From positions 1 through 50,456 of the IMG/VR virus record IMGVR_UViG_3300044800_000405: 50,456 nucleotides of DNA; one strand, given 5' to 3'. The DNA comes from a virus (lineage: Duplodnaviria > Caudoviricetes). Positions 1-8,954 of this stretch are shown here, piece after piece; position 1 is the first letter of the stretch; every line of letters starts with the position of its first letter. The notes below the pieces were generated by a model. It ran no database searches and had not been told where the DNA came from. It saw only the letters and a list, made by a program, of their open reading frames with translations. Made by a program: the position numbers and the translations under genes.

Positions 1-1
1 C

Positions 2-172
2 GACGATGTTTACGACGCCAACCTGGCATTTGTGCTTTCCAAGGCCCTGCCGCCCGCCTACTCGTGGCAGCCCATCTACACCAACGCCGCGCCCATAATG
101 GATTATCCCTACACGTTTACCGATACCAACGCCACCGACCCGGCGGCTCTTTACCAGGGCGGCTGGCAGTAA
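2..172 (+). CDS. 3' end of a gene (partial); C-terminus resembles the W-x-PI-x-TN...FTDTNA tail of Verrucomicrobia secreted proteins
   Basis: Frame 2 reads DDVYDAN...SWQPIYTNAAPIMDYPYTFTDTNATDPAALYQGGWQ* and is followed by a terminator. Confidence 0.6.
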   Translation, partial: DDVYDANLAFVLSKALPPAYSWQPIYTNAAPIMDYPYTFTDTNATDPAALYQGGWQ

Positions 173-200
173 TTTCCCGTAATCCCCCCGCATAAAACCC

Positions 201-234
201 GGCCCGGCGGGCCTTCCTGCCGGGCCTCTTTTTT
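201..234 (+). terminator. Rho-independent terminator
   Basis: GGCCCGGCGGG-CCTT-CCTGCCGGGCC stem-loop followed by TCTTTTTT. Confidence 0.85.
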
Positions 235-238
235 GGTG

Positions 239-267
239 TTGACACCACCACCAGCCAAACTTATTCT
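239..267 (+). promoter_or_regulatory. sigma70-type promoter with CCACCAGC in spacer
   Basis: TTGACA (239-244), 17 nt, TATTCT (262-267); CCACCAGC at 248-255. Confidence 0.75.
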
Positions 268-356
268 GGTTTCCATGAAAAAGCTGTCCACAATTTTTCC
301 CAAAACGGGCAGAATTGCGCGTGCCTTTTTCACCAACCCCTACCCCATAAAAAAAC

Positions 357-701
357 ATGAGAAATAGAATAGACCTCACCCCCGAAGAAAAAAAACTACT
401 GTTCACCGAAGCCAACCGTCTGCTCACCGACATTCCCAAACTTCCCAAGGGCCAACTGTGGCAGACCGCCCAAAAGGTTCTCCCGGCAGACCGCCAGCGC
501 GAAATCATCTATAACGGTGCGCAAACCAACCTCAACAGACAATTCAAAGCCTGGCTCAAGCCGGCTCGCACCATCAAGGGGCCCTACGTCCGCCGCGCCC
601 AACTGTCGGCCCTCGTGCCCTTCTCTTTGCCGGTCCCAGGACAACCGTTTAATTATTGTCCCGGTTGCGGTTTTGATCTGCGCAAAGTCAAAGTCAGTTA
701 A
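357..701 (+). CDS. Hypothetical protein with C-terminal CxxC (YCPGCG)
   Basis: 114-aa ORF after A-rich leader, downstream of promoter. Confidence 0.65.
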   Translation: MRNRIDLTPEEKKLLFTEANRLLTDIPKLPKGQLWQTAQKVLPADRQREIIYNGAQTNLNRQFKAWLKPARTIKGPYVRRAQLSALVPFSLPVPGQPFNYCPGCGFDLRKVKVS

Positions 702-874
702 CCATGGCCATTTTAGGAGCAATCAGCCCGCGTGAAGGTTCCTTCCCGGAGGCTCCCATTCCTAGAACGGGTCCTTTCCGCATCCCTTTGCCAGACAGGC
801 CCCATGACATACTCCTCCACCTTCAACCCTGATTGCTCCTTTTTTTCAAACTAAAACCACACACCACCACCTAT

Positions 875-1063
875 ATGGCAAAACGAGTCCACTGGGATGA
901 CGACCAGATCGAAAGCCTCGCCCAGGCCTTTGTCCGGGTCCGTCTCCAAGACCCCATCATCACCGTCCGTCCCATCTTAAGAAAAGTTCAGGAAGAAACC
1001 TTGGAGTTCCCTTACCAGAAATTCGGCAACTGCCTGTTCCGTTATCTCTCCCCACTCCCATGA
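875..1063 (+). CDS. Hypothetical protein
   Basis: ATG at 875 (MAKRVHW...); ATGA overlap with next ORF. Confidence 0.5.
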   Translation: MAKRVHWDDDQIESLAQAFVRVRLQDPIITVRPILRKVQEETLEFPYQKFGNCLFRYLSPLP

Positions 1064-1527
1064 CCGAAGCCCAAGCCAGAAAAATCAAGGACCCGCGCTT
1101 AATCCCGTGGAATGAACCGTGTTTCGTTTACGTCGCTGGCCGTTATTACCTGGGCATGTGGTTTGTCGGCATTCCCAAGAACAAGGAATGTCCGCAAGGC
1201 GGCAACCTCACCCTTCAATGCTGGCGGTTCAATTCGTCCCCGGAGGATTGGGTTCTCACCTTCCGCTTCCGCTACTACACCGGCCATGACCCCTGGGATG
1301 GCCAGGACCGCAAAAGCTGGTACGCCGCCAAGATGTCCGGCCCCGAAGACACCATCGTAAAAGGAATGGCGGATTTTGTGTCTTACGTTCCGGGTTTAGC
1401 GGGCTTGTATTGTCTCTGCCACCCACCCCTGGGCCACTCCTTGATTTTCAAAGGCAACAGCGAAAAAGCCCTCGCCATCATCGAGAAGGAAAAACCCTTT
1501 TGGATGCACCTGAAAATTTCACCATGA
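1060..1527 (+). CDS. Hypothetical protein
   Basis: 155-aa ORF with ATGA overlaps at both ends. Confidence 0.7.
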   Translation: MTEAQARKIKDPRLIPWNEPCFVYVAGRYYLGMWFVGIPKNKECPQGGNLTLQCWRFNSSPEDWVLTFRFRYYTGHDPWDGQDRKSWYAAKMSGPEDTIVKGMADFVSYVPGLAGLYCLCHPPLGHSLIFKGNSEKALAIIEKEKPFWMHLKISP

Positions 1528-2117
1528 ACTCCGTTTCCGCCCATCACGCCAAGGCCGATGCCTACGTCCAGCGTTGTTTCACCGCCCGGCCTGAGTTAAA
1601 ACCTTGTTGCGCCGCAGGCTGTCATGCCTGCTGTTCGGAGCCAGTCTATGCCAGTCAAGCCGAGGTTGAACACATCGTAGAGACCATGACCCCGGACCAG
1701 GTCGCCCAGGTAAAAACCCGCTTGCCCCGCTGGCTGGAACAAATTACCCAATCCATCCGGGACCAAAACATGCCGGACGCCCTTGCCTATCGCGCCCTAA
1801 ATGTTCCCTGCTTGTTGTTGGACACCGGCCTGGGGTTATGCACCGTTTATCCCCGGCGCCCTTTCAGTTGCCGCGTCTGGTTTGCGTTGCAGAATCCGGC
1901 GGACTGCGACCTGCCCGCGCGCGCCCATCAAAAGTTTGCCGATTTCCAGCCCGGCATTTTTTACGCCACCGGCATTCCCGTTGCCGTCCATGGCCAGGTC
2001 ATCCTGGATCACCTGGGCGTGTTGCTCGCTGAGAAACTATTGGGCCTGGATATTCCCAGCGCCTCCCGCAAAAGCCAGCCCTTGTTCAAACTCAAACTGC
2101 CCTATCGCGGTTTATGA
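1524..2117 (+). CDS. YkgJ/FliB-like cysteine-cluster protein (CxxCxxCC family)
   Basis: CAAGCHACC...CLLLD...CTVYPRRPFSCR motif; ATG at 1524 overlaps upstream stop. Confidence 0.8.
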   Translation: MNSVSAHHAKADAYVQRCFTARPELKPCCAAGCHACCSEPVYASQAEVEHIVETMTPDQVAQVKTRLPRWLEQITQSIRDQNMPDALAYRALNVPCLLLDTGLGLCTVYPRRPFSCRVWFALQNPADCDLPARAHQKFADFQPGIFYATGIPVAVHGQVILDHLGVLLAEKLLGLDIPSASRKSQPLFKLKLPYRGL

Positions 2118-2584
2118 ACTCAAAACTCACCTCTGCCGAAAATGAAATCCTGGGCAACGGACGCTGTCCCGATTGCGGCTCGCACATGCTCATAAAAGGC
2201 CCGTGCGGCGGGCAGTCCCGGAATGTTCTGTGTGGCGCCTGCCATGCCGAGTTTAACACGGGTCCCGTATCCCAGGAACGCCTGGCCTACTCCTGTGACC
2301 CCGCCCGCATGGAGGAAATCTACGGTATTACCGCCGCGCATTATCCCGTGACCGCCCTGCCCGCGCGCCGGCCCCAAAATCAAAAGTCACTGGATGCCGC
2401 CCTGGCCGCCGGTTGTCAGGTGCCCGGCTGCACTCATTCCCATCCCCCGCTTACTGAAATTTATCTCAAGAGCATTTGCCACCCCGCCGCCGGCCTCTCC
2501 GCCTGTTACTTGGCCGAGGGCGTCTTGGTGCTGGCCTGTCACGAGTGTAAAAGGGTGGTGGTTCACATCGCCGTCCAACCATGA
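2114..2584 (+). CDS. Cys-rich hypothetical protein (several CxxC pairs)
   Basis: CPDC, CGAC, CHEC; ATGA coupling. Confidence 0.7.
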   Translation: MNSKLTSAENEILGNGRCPDCGSHMLIKGPCGGQSRNVLCGACHAEFNTGPVSQERLAYSCDPARMEEIYGITAAHYPVTALPARRPQNQKSLDAALAAGCQVPGCTHSHPPLTEIYLKSICHPAAGLSACYLAEGVLVLACHECKRVVVHIAVQP

Positions 2585-2910
2585 TCCAACCCCTCACCGA
2601 AATTCTCGTGGGTATGCCCGTGGACGTTGGCTGCTTGCCGGGCCTCGTTTTGAAATATGTGCCGCCGGCTGGGGCCATTCAAATGCCCTGTGAGCGGTGT
2701 TCGCAACCCGCCTGGCAGGGACCCCACCAGCAAGCCTACTTGCGCACCCATCCGCCCACCGAATTCATTTGCGCCATTTGCCTGGCCGCGCAAATGAAAA
2801 ACCATGCCGCCGAAGTGGCCATTGGCAGTTGCGGTGGCGCCGCCGCCGGCGGCAGCATATTCCTGGCCGATGGCAGAGCCTTTTTGCCCTCACCGCCCAA
2901 AGAGAATTAA
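2581..2910 (+). CDS. Small zinc-finger hypothetical protein
   Basis: CERC...CAIC; ATGA coupling. Confidence 0.65.
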   Translation: MIQPLTEILVGMPVDVGCLPGLVLKYVPPAGAIQMPCERCSQPAWQGPHQQAYLRTHPPTEFICAICLAAQMKNHAAEVAIGSCGGAAAGGSIFLADGRAFLPSPPKEN

Positions 2911-2939
2911 AACCCCGGCCTTGAAAGTCCCCCTTACCC

Positions 2940-3662
2940 ATGCCAGTTTTGGGCATGTCTGTTCGCTTAAAATCTCGCACCGAATGTCCGCCCGGCGGGT
3001 TCATAGTCACCATTGCCGCACTAAACCTCACCCGCAACTTTTGGTCCCTGCGCGAGGCAGTCACTTGGTTTGGGGACATTGCCCGCGATAACCCCTTCTT
3101 AAAACTGCCCACCGACCCCGTTATCATTGCCAATTTCATAGACCAGCAAAACGCGCTGCGCTGCCTGGGCATTTCCGGCGCCGATTCCTACGTCATCCAG
3201 GAAGGAGGGCCGATCCAAAATCTGGAAACAAAAAAAGCGAGCCTCCTAAAGCCACTCGTTGCTGTGGCCGATAAACTCCGGCAGCTTGCCGCCGGCACCG
3301 TGCTCTTGGAGGAATGGGGCGCCGAAGGGTTTCCCACCGAACCGCCCGCAGCATCCGCCCGCCGCGCCGCCATCTGTGCCGGTGGCCCCGGCGGCTCCCC
3401 GTGTCCGCAAAACGGCCTGGGTGATCTCACCCGCTGGTTTACCGTCTTCGCCTCGGAGGGCATCCGCCGCCGCATTGAAGCCGCCCAAAAGTTGGACCTC
3501 AAAACACCGTCCGATTCCCAGCTTGGCATTTGCGAAGCCTGCCTGTGCCCCCTCCGGCTCAAGGTCCACGTCCCGCTGGCCAACATCCAAAAACATCTCA
3601 CCCCCGCCAGCCAGGCCGCGCTCGATCCCCGCTGCTGGATTTTAACCCAGCCCAAACCATAA
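2940..3662 (+). CDS. Hypothetical phage protein with Cys-rich C-terminus
   Basis: RRAAIC...CPQN...CEACLCPLRLKVH...CW. Confidence 0.65.
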   Translation: MPVLGMSVRLKSRTECPPGGFIVTIAALNLTRNFWSLREAVTWFGDIARDNPFLKLPTDPVIIANFIDQQNALRCLGISGADSYVIQEGGPIQNLETKKASLLKPLVAVADKLRQLAAGTVLLEEWGAEGFPTEPPAASARRAAICAGGPGGSPCPQNGLGDLTRWFTVFASEGIRRRIEAAQKLDLKTPSDSQLGICEACLCPLRLKVHVPLANIQKHLTPASQAALDPRCWILTQPKP

Positions 3663-3692
3663 TGTTTCAGCCTTTAGCCTTTAGCCTTTAGC
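3662..3692 (+). repeat. (TTTAGCC)n heptamer array; related copies near 8626, 9345, 12364, 15236, 15421, 15729, 17087, 22790, 26505
   Basis: Tandem TTTAGCC/TTCAGCC units read directly, all on + strand, mostly intergenic. Confidence 0.9.
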
Positions 3693-3695
3693 ATT

Positions 3696-5138
3696 ATGAC
3701 CTGTGTCCTTCCCGTCCATGCCGGCGATGGTTTTCTCCTGCTCAACCTCCTGCGCTGGCTCAAACAGCTAGGGCCATGTCCCGGCCATTCCGCGCTTATA
3801 GTGGCGGATTGTTCTTTGTCCTGGCCCGTCGCCCAAACCGCCGTCGGCCTGGCCAAAGATATTTTTGATGACACCGTCTTCATCACCAACCACCAGACCG
3901 TTTCCGGCTGGGTGCCCGGCAGCAATTCTCTCTGGCAAACCGCCGCCCAACATTGTTCCACACAGAACATTGATGGCTGGTTGTGGCTTGAACCAGACGC
4001 CGTCCCCCTCCGCCCCGGCTGGCTCGATGTCTTGGATGGGGCGTGGCAGAATACCGTCGCCGATTTTCTCTCCGCCCTTTACCACTGCACCCGTGCCGAT
4101 TGTCCTGCCATTATGATGACCGGCATTGCTGTTTATCCCGCCAACGCCATTGATTTTTTCAAGCCTGTGGCCGAAGCGTTCGACATTCAACTCTCCCGCT
4201 CCGCCATTGACTACGTTCAGGATACGCCACTCATCCATCAATTTTGGGGTCAGCCCGGTTTGGCGCCCACTTTTCGTAATACCCTAAACGGCGCACCCCG
4301 GCACGCCTTCACCCTGTTCCAGCTTGATCCCGCCGCCGTCATTTTCCACCGCAACAAAGACGGCTCCCTCATCGAACTTTTACGTTCCCAACTTCCTCAA
4401 CCCTCAACCCTCAACCCTCAACTATTGGTCGTCCTGCCCGTTTGTTCCAAAGACTCCGACCTCATGCTCAAGTGTTTGGGGTGGATTGCCCAACTCGATG
4501 GCCAGAACCCATTCGACTGTCTCATTGCGCACGATTCCACCCTGGGTCCCGTCCGCCTGGCGCCCCTGCGCGCGGCGGCCAGCCGCGCCTTCCGCACCGT
4601 GCAGGAATTCACCTATCCCCGCCCCGTGCGCGAGTCTCACCCGGATGCCGCCAACCATGCCTTCGCCTGCACCGCCCGGCACATCGCCCAAGTCCTGCAC
4701 CGCCCCTGGCTGTGGTTTGAGGCCGACTGTGTTCCGCTTAAACCCAACTGGCTGCCCACGCTTGATCTGGAGTACCGCAACTGTGGCCAGCCCGTCATGG
4801 GGCCGGGCGTGCCGGACCTGGGCCATTTCAACGGCACCTCCATTTACCCGGCGGACTTCCCCGCGCTTTCACCCCGCGCCATGAGCGTGCCCCTGGGCCA
4901 GGCCTTTGACACCTACATGACGCCCGACCTCGTCAACCGCTCGCACGATTGTTCCCGGCTGTGGTGTCACGCCTGGGGCCTGGTGGATGGCCGTCTTCAT
5001 CCGCACACCGGCCCGGCCCCTCACTTTTCCTCCACCCTTTGCGTGGACCAATGGCTCCCGCCGGACGCCGTCATTTTCCACCGCTGCAAAGATGGCTCGC
5101 TCATAGACCAGCTTCGTGCTAAAAAAACGCAGCCATGA
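3696..5138 (+). CDS. Putative glycosyltransferase-like protein with two tandem homologous domains
   Basis: Internal duplication: WLWLEPDAVPLRPGWL / WLWFEADCVPLKPNWL and AVIFHRNKDGSLI / AVIFHRCKDGSLI; ExD metal-binding-like motif. Confidence 0.6.
   Translation: MTCVLPVHAGDGFLLLNLLRWLKQLGPCPGHSALIVADCSLSWPVAQTAVGLAKDIFDDTVFITNHQTVSGWVPGSNSLWQTAAQHCSTQNIDGWLWLEPDAVPLRPGWLDVLDGAWQNTVADFLSALYHCTRADCPAIMMTGIAVYPANAIDFFKPVAEAFDIQLSRSAIDYVQDTPLIHQFWGQPGLAPTFRNTLNGAPRHAFTLFQLDPAAVIFHRNKDGSLIELLRSQLPQPSTLNPQLLVVLPVCSKDSDLMLKCLGWIAQLDGQNPFDCLIAHDSTLGPVRLAPLRAAASRAFRTVQEFTYPRPVRESHPDAANHAFACTARHIAQVLHRPWLWFEADCVPLKPNWLPTLDLEYRNCGQPVMGPGVPDLGHFNGTSIYPADFPALSPRAMSVPLGQAFDTYMTPDLVNRSHDCSRLWCHAWGLVDGRLHPHTGPAPHFSSTLCVDQWLPPDAVIFHRCKDGSLIDQLRAKKTQP
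4396..4422 (+). repeat. (CTCAACC)n heptamer array; related copies near 5484, 8921, 15931, 16010, 17331, 18144, 26213, 39399
   Basis: Tandem CTCAACC units, often inside ORFs (PSTLNPQ peptides). Confidence 0.9.
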
Positions 5139-5977
5139 ACACTGAAATTTTTCTTTGCACCCACGCCAAGGATTTCCCCTGGCTCAAATACTGTTTGCGC
5201 TCCATCGCCAAATTTGCCACCGGCTTTGCCGGGGTTACCATCGTCGTGCCCCTCGCTGACTTCCTCTTGCTGCAAACCCTCGTGGAGGAAACCGTGCCCG
5301 ATTTGGGCTTTCACGTTCAATGTTTCACGGGGGAGGAATGGCCCGGCCTGGGCATGCTCTGGCACATGAATGAAATTATGCACGCCGATTGTTATTGTCC
5401 CGGCGCCGATTTCATCGCCCATCTGGACCCAGACTGTGTTTTCACCGCTCCCGTCAGCCCGGCCACCTTCATGGTTTCTTCTCCCTCAACCCTCAACCAT
5501 CAACCCTCAACCCTCCAGCAGCAGCCCATCCTGCGTTTTGAAAAATTCTCTATCATCGGCCTGCGCCACCCCCCCGTCCTGCGCTGGCAGGAATGCACCG
5601 CCCGCTGCCTGCCCTTCCCCGTCGAGAACGAGACCATGCGTTGCCACCCATCGGTCTATCACCGCGCCCTCTACGCCGCCGCGCGCAATCAAATGGTGCT
5701 CAAGACCGGCCAGCCCGTGCCGGCTTACATCCGCTCCTGCCAGAACACTTTTCCCCAGGGCTTTTGTGAGTTCGTCACCCTGGGCAACGTGGCCCTCCAA
5801 CTGTTTCGCCACCTGTATTTCCCCATCGAACAATTGAACGACCACGTCATCCCGTCCAATCATCTGCAACAGTTTTGGTCCCATGGCGCGCTGGATCAGC
5901 CGCAACCAATTTTTGTGCTCGGCGAACAGAAAGTCGTCGTCCCCATCGAGATGATTAAACAACTCGGCCTCGCATGA
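5135..5977 (+). CDS. Putative GT-A-fold glycosyltransferase-like protein
   Basis: IFLCTHAKDFPWLKYCLRSI start; FIAHLDPDCVF DxD motif. Confidence 0.6.
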   Translation: MNTEIFLCTHAKDFPWLKYCLRSIAKFATGFAGVTIVVPLADFLLLQTLVEETVPDLGFHVQCFTGEEWPGLGMLWHMNEIMHADCYCPGADFIAHLDPDCVFTAPVSPATFMVSSPSTLNHQPSTLQQQPILRFEKFSIIGLRHPPVLRWQECTARCLPFPVENETMRCHPSVYHRALYAAARNQMVLKTGQPVPAYIRSCQNTFPQGFCEFVTLGNVALQLFRHLYFPIEQLNDHVIPSNHLQQFWSHGALDQPQPIFVLGEQKVVVPIEMIKQLGLA

Positions 5978-6579
5978 CTCTGGACAACATCGGCATCATG
6001 TACGGGTGTGATAAAGCCAGTCCCTGGCACAATTACTGTCGCACTTACTCCCACTTCTTTGACCCCTTGCGGGACAGGCCCGTTTTTTTGCTGGAACAAG
6101 GCGTGGCCCAAGGCGCGTCCATCCGCATGTGGTTGGATTATTTCGACCGTCCCCTCTCCCGGTTTTACGGCTTGGATACCAACCCCAACGCTTATCCTTC
6201 CGTTGGCCGTTACCAGTTCATCCAGCAAGACCAGCGCACCGTGGTCTCCCTCCCGCTGCCCGCCTTCGACATCATCATAGACGACGCCAGCCATCATGCC
6301 GAGGATATGCGTCCGGCCTTTGAGGCGCTCTGGCCCAACGTCCGGCCCGGCGGCTTCTACTGCATTGAGGATGTCGCTGTGTTTTGGGACCCGGATTTTG
6401 CCGCCACCGCTCCCGGCCAAAAATGGCTTCTGGACCTGCTGGGCGAGGTAAACCATCACGGCCTTGATTACGTCGGCAAGCCCAAGCCCGTCCCCCAGGT
6501 GCAACTCACGCCCTTGGCCGCCTCCATTGCTTTCATGCACTGCACGCGCGGCCTGGTCATCCTCAAAAAGAAAACATGA
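5974..6579 (+). CDS. Class I SAM-dependent (sugar O-)methyltransferase
   Basis: CDKA...HNY, LLEQGVAQGASIRMW, FDIIIDDASH, VRPGGFYCIEDV motifs. Confidence 0.85.
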   Translation: MTLDNIGIMYGCDKASPWHNYCRTYSHFFDPLRDRPVFLLEQGVAQGASIRMWLDYFDRPLSRFYGLDTNPNAYPSVGRYQFIQQDQRTVVSLPLPAFDIIIDDASHHAEDMRPAFEALWPNVRPGGFYCIEDVAVFWDPDFAATAPGQKWLLDLLGEVNHHGLDYVGKPKPVPQVQLTPLAASIAFMHCTRGLVILKKKT

Positions 6580-7235
6580 ACCCCCAAGCAACCCTGGTCT
6601 CCGCCGTGTTCGGCTGGGAAAAACATTCGGCACCCTGGCGCCAAAACATCCTGCGCGCCCTGCGTAGCTGGCTGGCCCAGGGCTTTGCTGTCGTTTACTG
6701 TTCCCAACCCATCCCAGACCTGCAACTCTCTGCGTCCGTTTCCTTCACCGGCGACAACGATTTTCCCGAAATAAAAAAACTGCTGGACCTCTGCGCCCTC
6801 CAACCCGGTTTGGTTGGTTTGCTGGATGCCGACCTCGCCCTTGGCCCCGGAATTTTCGACGCGCTAAAAATGATTGATGGCACCACCATTGCCCTCTTGG
6901 TTTCCAAGCGTTGGACCTATGACCCGGCCACCGGCATAGTGGCAAACGCCCAAGTGTTGCCAGACGACCATGCCTTCGATTTTTTCCTGGGCGATGCCTC
7001 GCTTTTTTCCGCCCCGGCCCGGCTGATTGGTCCCGGTACTCGTGTGGCTCATAATCTTTGGGACTCCTGGCTGATTGGCTATTTCAACCTCGCCCTTGGC
7101 TCCAAGGTCCGTTCCGCCACCAAATTCCGGTTCTTGTTTCACCCCCGGCATGCCGAGCGCAGCCAGCCCTTTGGCACCGCCGATTTTGTTCACGATAAAT
7201 TTGCCGCCGCCGCCGGCGATCCCGCCGAACTTTAA
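6576..7235 (+). CDS. Putative glycosyltransferase-like protein (paralog of 7608-8249)
   Basis: LLDADL, SKRW, DFF, WDSWL, FHPRH motifs. Confidence 0.55.
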   Translation: MNPQATLVSAVFGWEKHSAPWRQNILRALRSWLAQGFAVVYCSQPIPDLQLSASVSFTGDNDFPEIKKLLDLCALQPGLVGLLDADLALGPGIFDALKMIDGTTIALLVSKRWTYDPATGIVANAQVLPDDHAFDFFLGDASLFSAPARLIGPGTRVAHNLWDSWLIGYFNLALGSKVRSATKFRFLFHPRHAERSQPFGTADFVHDKFAAAAGDPAEL

Positions 7236-7236
7236 C

Positions 7237-7264
7237 TTGACACCACCAGCACTTTGGGAAAAAT
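7237..7264 (+). promoter_or_regulatory. Promoter with CCACCAGC motif; leaderless-like start at 7271
   Basis: TTGACA 7237-7242 directly followed by CCACCAGC; weak -10 AAAAAT 7259-7264. Confidence 0.6.
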
Positions 7265-7270
7265 GTTCAC

Positions 7271-7603
7271 ATGGCCGCAGTCAAAAAAATAACCAAGTCC
7301 CCCAAAGAAATCCTGCCCGGTCAAACCGCCTGGGGAATTTTTGACCGGCGGGATGGGAGTTGGATAGGGAATGATGACGGCCCGCAATTATACATAGATT
7401 GCCAACACAATGGCCTTCCCTTGTCCGGTCGGGAACTGGCGCAATTAGGCGCGGCTGTTATTGGTCAACGCATGCGGCTTCCCATGGGCCAGCTTATTGC
7501 CCGCCAATATAATGAAAATGCCAACCAGGAAAAAGAAACCATCTATCCGGCCATTTCCGCCGAGCAGGCATTGAGTGAAATTGAAGCCGGACGTTTTATT
7601 TAG
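7271..7603 (+). CDS. Hypothetical protein
   Basis: 110-aa ORF behind its own promoter. Confidence 0.65.
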   Translation: MAAVKKITKSPKEILPGQTAWGIFDRRDGSWIGNDDGPQLYIDCQHNGLPLSGRELAQLGAAVIGQRMRLPMGQLIARQYNENANQEKETIYPAISAEQALSEIEAGRFI

Positions 7604-7607
7604 CCTT

Positions 7608-8249
7608 ATGATAATTGTTTCCTCCTTCCGCCCCTTTGACGGCTGCCCGGAGCCAATCTGGCAGCAACAACTCGCCGCCAACCGTTCCTGGACCAACATT
7701 TTCGAGCGCATCTTTTATTTCAACCAGCGCGATCAGCGCCTGACCTCCGCCAAGACCGCTTTCCTGCCCACCAACGGCAAGCCCGCCATCCGCGCCCTGG
7801 CCGCTTTCTGTGGCGGCCTCAACGACTGGTCCGCCATTGTAAATGCAGACATCGTCATCCCCTCCAACTTCCGCCGGGTGGAGGAAGCCTTGCGCAAAGG
7901 GCCCGCCGGCTGTGCCGTCAGCCGCCGCTACACCCTCCCGCCGGATGGCGAGACCTCCGGCGCCCGGCTCACAGACCTGGGGCTGGACTTCTTTTGCGCC
8001 ACTCCAATTGTCTGGAAAACCGCCGCCGAAAAAATCCCGGATTCCTTCCGCCTGGGCCGCATCACCTGGGACAACTGGATGCTCAACTTTTTCATGGCGG
8101 AATTTGGCAACCATTGTTACGACCTCACCCCTTCACACGTTGTCTTCCACCCCATGCACGAGCACCGCATTGACCAGAATTGGTCTTTCCCCAAAGACGA
8201 CCCCTACCTGCTCAAAAACAACTGGCCCTTTCACTCCATTGAAATATGA
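7608..8249 (+). CDS. Putative glycosyltransferase-like protein (paralog of 6576-7235)
   Basis: IVNADI, SRRY, LDFF, WDNWM, FHPMH motifs; ATG at 7608. Confidence 0.55.
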   Translation: MIIVSSFRPFDGCPEPIWQQQLAANRSWTNIFERIFYFNQRDQRLTSAKTAFLPTNGKPAIRALAAFCGGLNDWSAIVNADIVIPSNFRRVEEALRKGPAGCAVSRRYTLPPDGETSGARLTDLGLDFFCATPIVWKTAAEKIPDSFRLGRITWDNWMLNFFMAEFGNHCYDLTPSHVVFHPMHEHRIDQNWSFPKDDPYLLKNNWPFHSIEI

Positions 8250-8629
8250 GGGACTGGTCTTTTCTAAACCGCCACCGCATCCGGCAGGGGCCATTGGCGT
8301 CCGCCGATGCCCAGGGTTTCAAGGGCGCATTTAGTTTTCCCCTGCCCGGCGAACCCCGCCGGGTTTATTGCATCATCAGCGACGGGCTGGGCTGGGAACA
8401 TGTCTCCGTTTCCTTTGGCCACAACCATGCAATCCCATCGTGGCTTGTCATGGAAAAAGTAAAGAACCTTTTTTGGAATGACGATCAGTGGGTAATTCAG
8501 TTTCATCCACCGGCCAAAGAATACGCCAACAATCACCCCGGCTGTCTGCATCTCTGGCGGCCCCTTGGTAAAGAATTTCCCACGCCGGATTCCATCCTGG
8601 TCGGGTTGAAAGGGGTCGCTCTTTTTTAG
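8246..8629 (+). CDS. Conserved phage hypothetical protein
   Basis: GWEHVSVS...PSW..M..VK.LFW...QFHPP..EY.NNHPGCLHLW, a motif widespread in phages. Confidence 0.75.
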   Translation: MRDWSFLNRHRIRQGPLASADAQGFKGAFSFPLPGEPRRVYCIISDGLGWEHVSVSFGHNHAIPSWLVMEKVKNLFWNDDQWVIQFHPPAKEYANNHPGCLHLWRPLGKEFPTPDSILVGLKGVALF

Positions 8630-8663
8630 CCTTCAGCATTCAGCCTTTAGCCTTCGTTTTTCC

Positions 8664-8693
8664 TTGACGCTCACCACCACCAGCGCCTATCGT
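8664..8693 (+). promoter_or_regulatory. Promoter of rpmI-rplT with CCACCAGC motif
   Basis: TTGACG 8664-8669, CCACCAGC 8677-8684, TATCGT 8688-8693. Confidence 0.65.
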
Positions 8694-8704
8694 TTGCGCT
8701 CTTT

Positions 8705-8914
8705 ATGCGACGACCCAAAGGCATCAAAACCAAAAAGTCCGTGTCCAAGCGGTTCAAAATCACCGCCACCGGCAAAGTCCTGCGCCGCCACGCCGGCAGG
8801 CGCCACCTGGCCCAGACCAAAAATCCCAAGCGCCGCCGCCATCTCCGCCGGGCGGTAATTGTTGACGCCACCGATGCCTGCCGCATCACCCAAAACCTGC
8901 CCTTCCACCACTGA
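8705..8914 (+). CDS. rpmI: 50S ribosomal protein bL35
   Basis: KTKKSVSKRFKITATGKVLRRHAGRRHL..K..KRRR.LR signature. Confidence 0.95.
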   Translation: MRRPKGIKTKKSVSKRFKITATGKVLRRHAGRRHLAQTKNPKRRRHLRRAVIVDATDACRITQNLPFHH

Positions 8915-8954
8915 TTATTCTCTCAACCCTCAACCCTCAACTCTCAACCATTTC

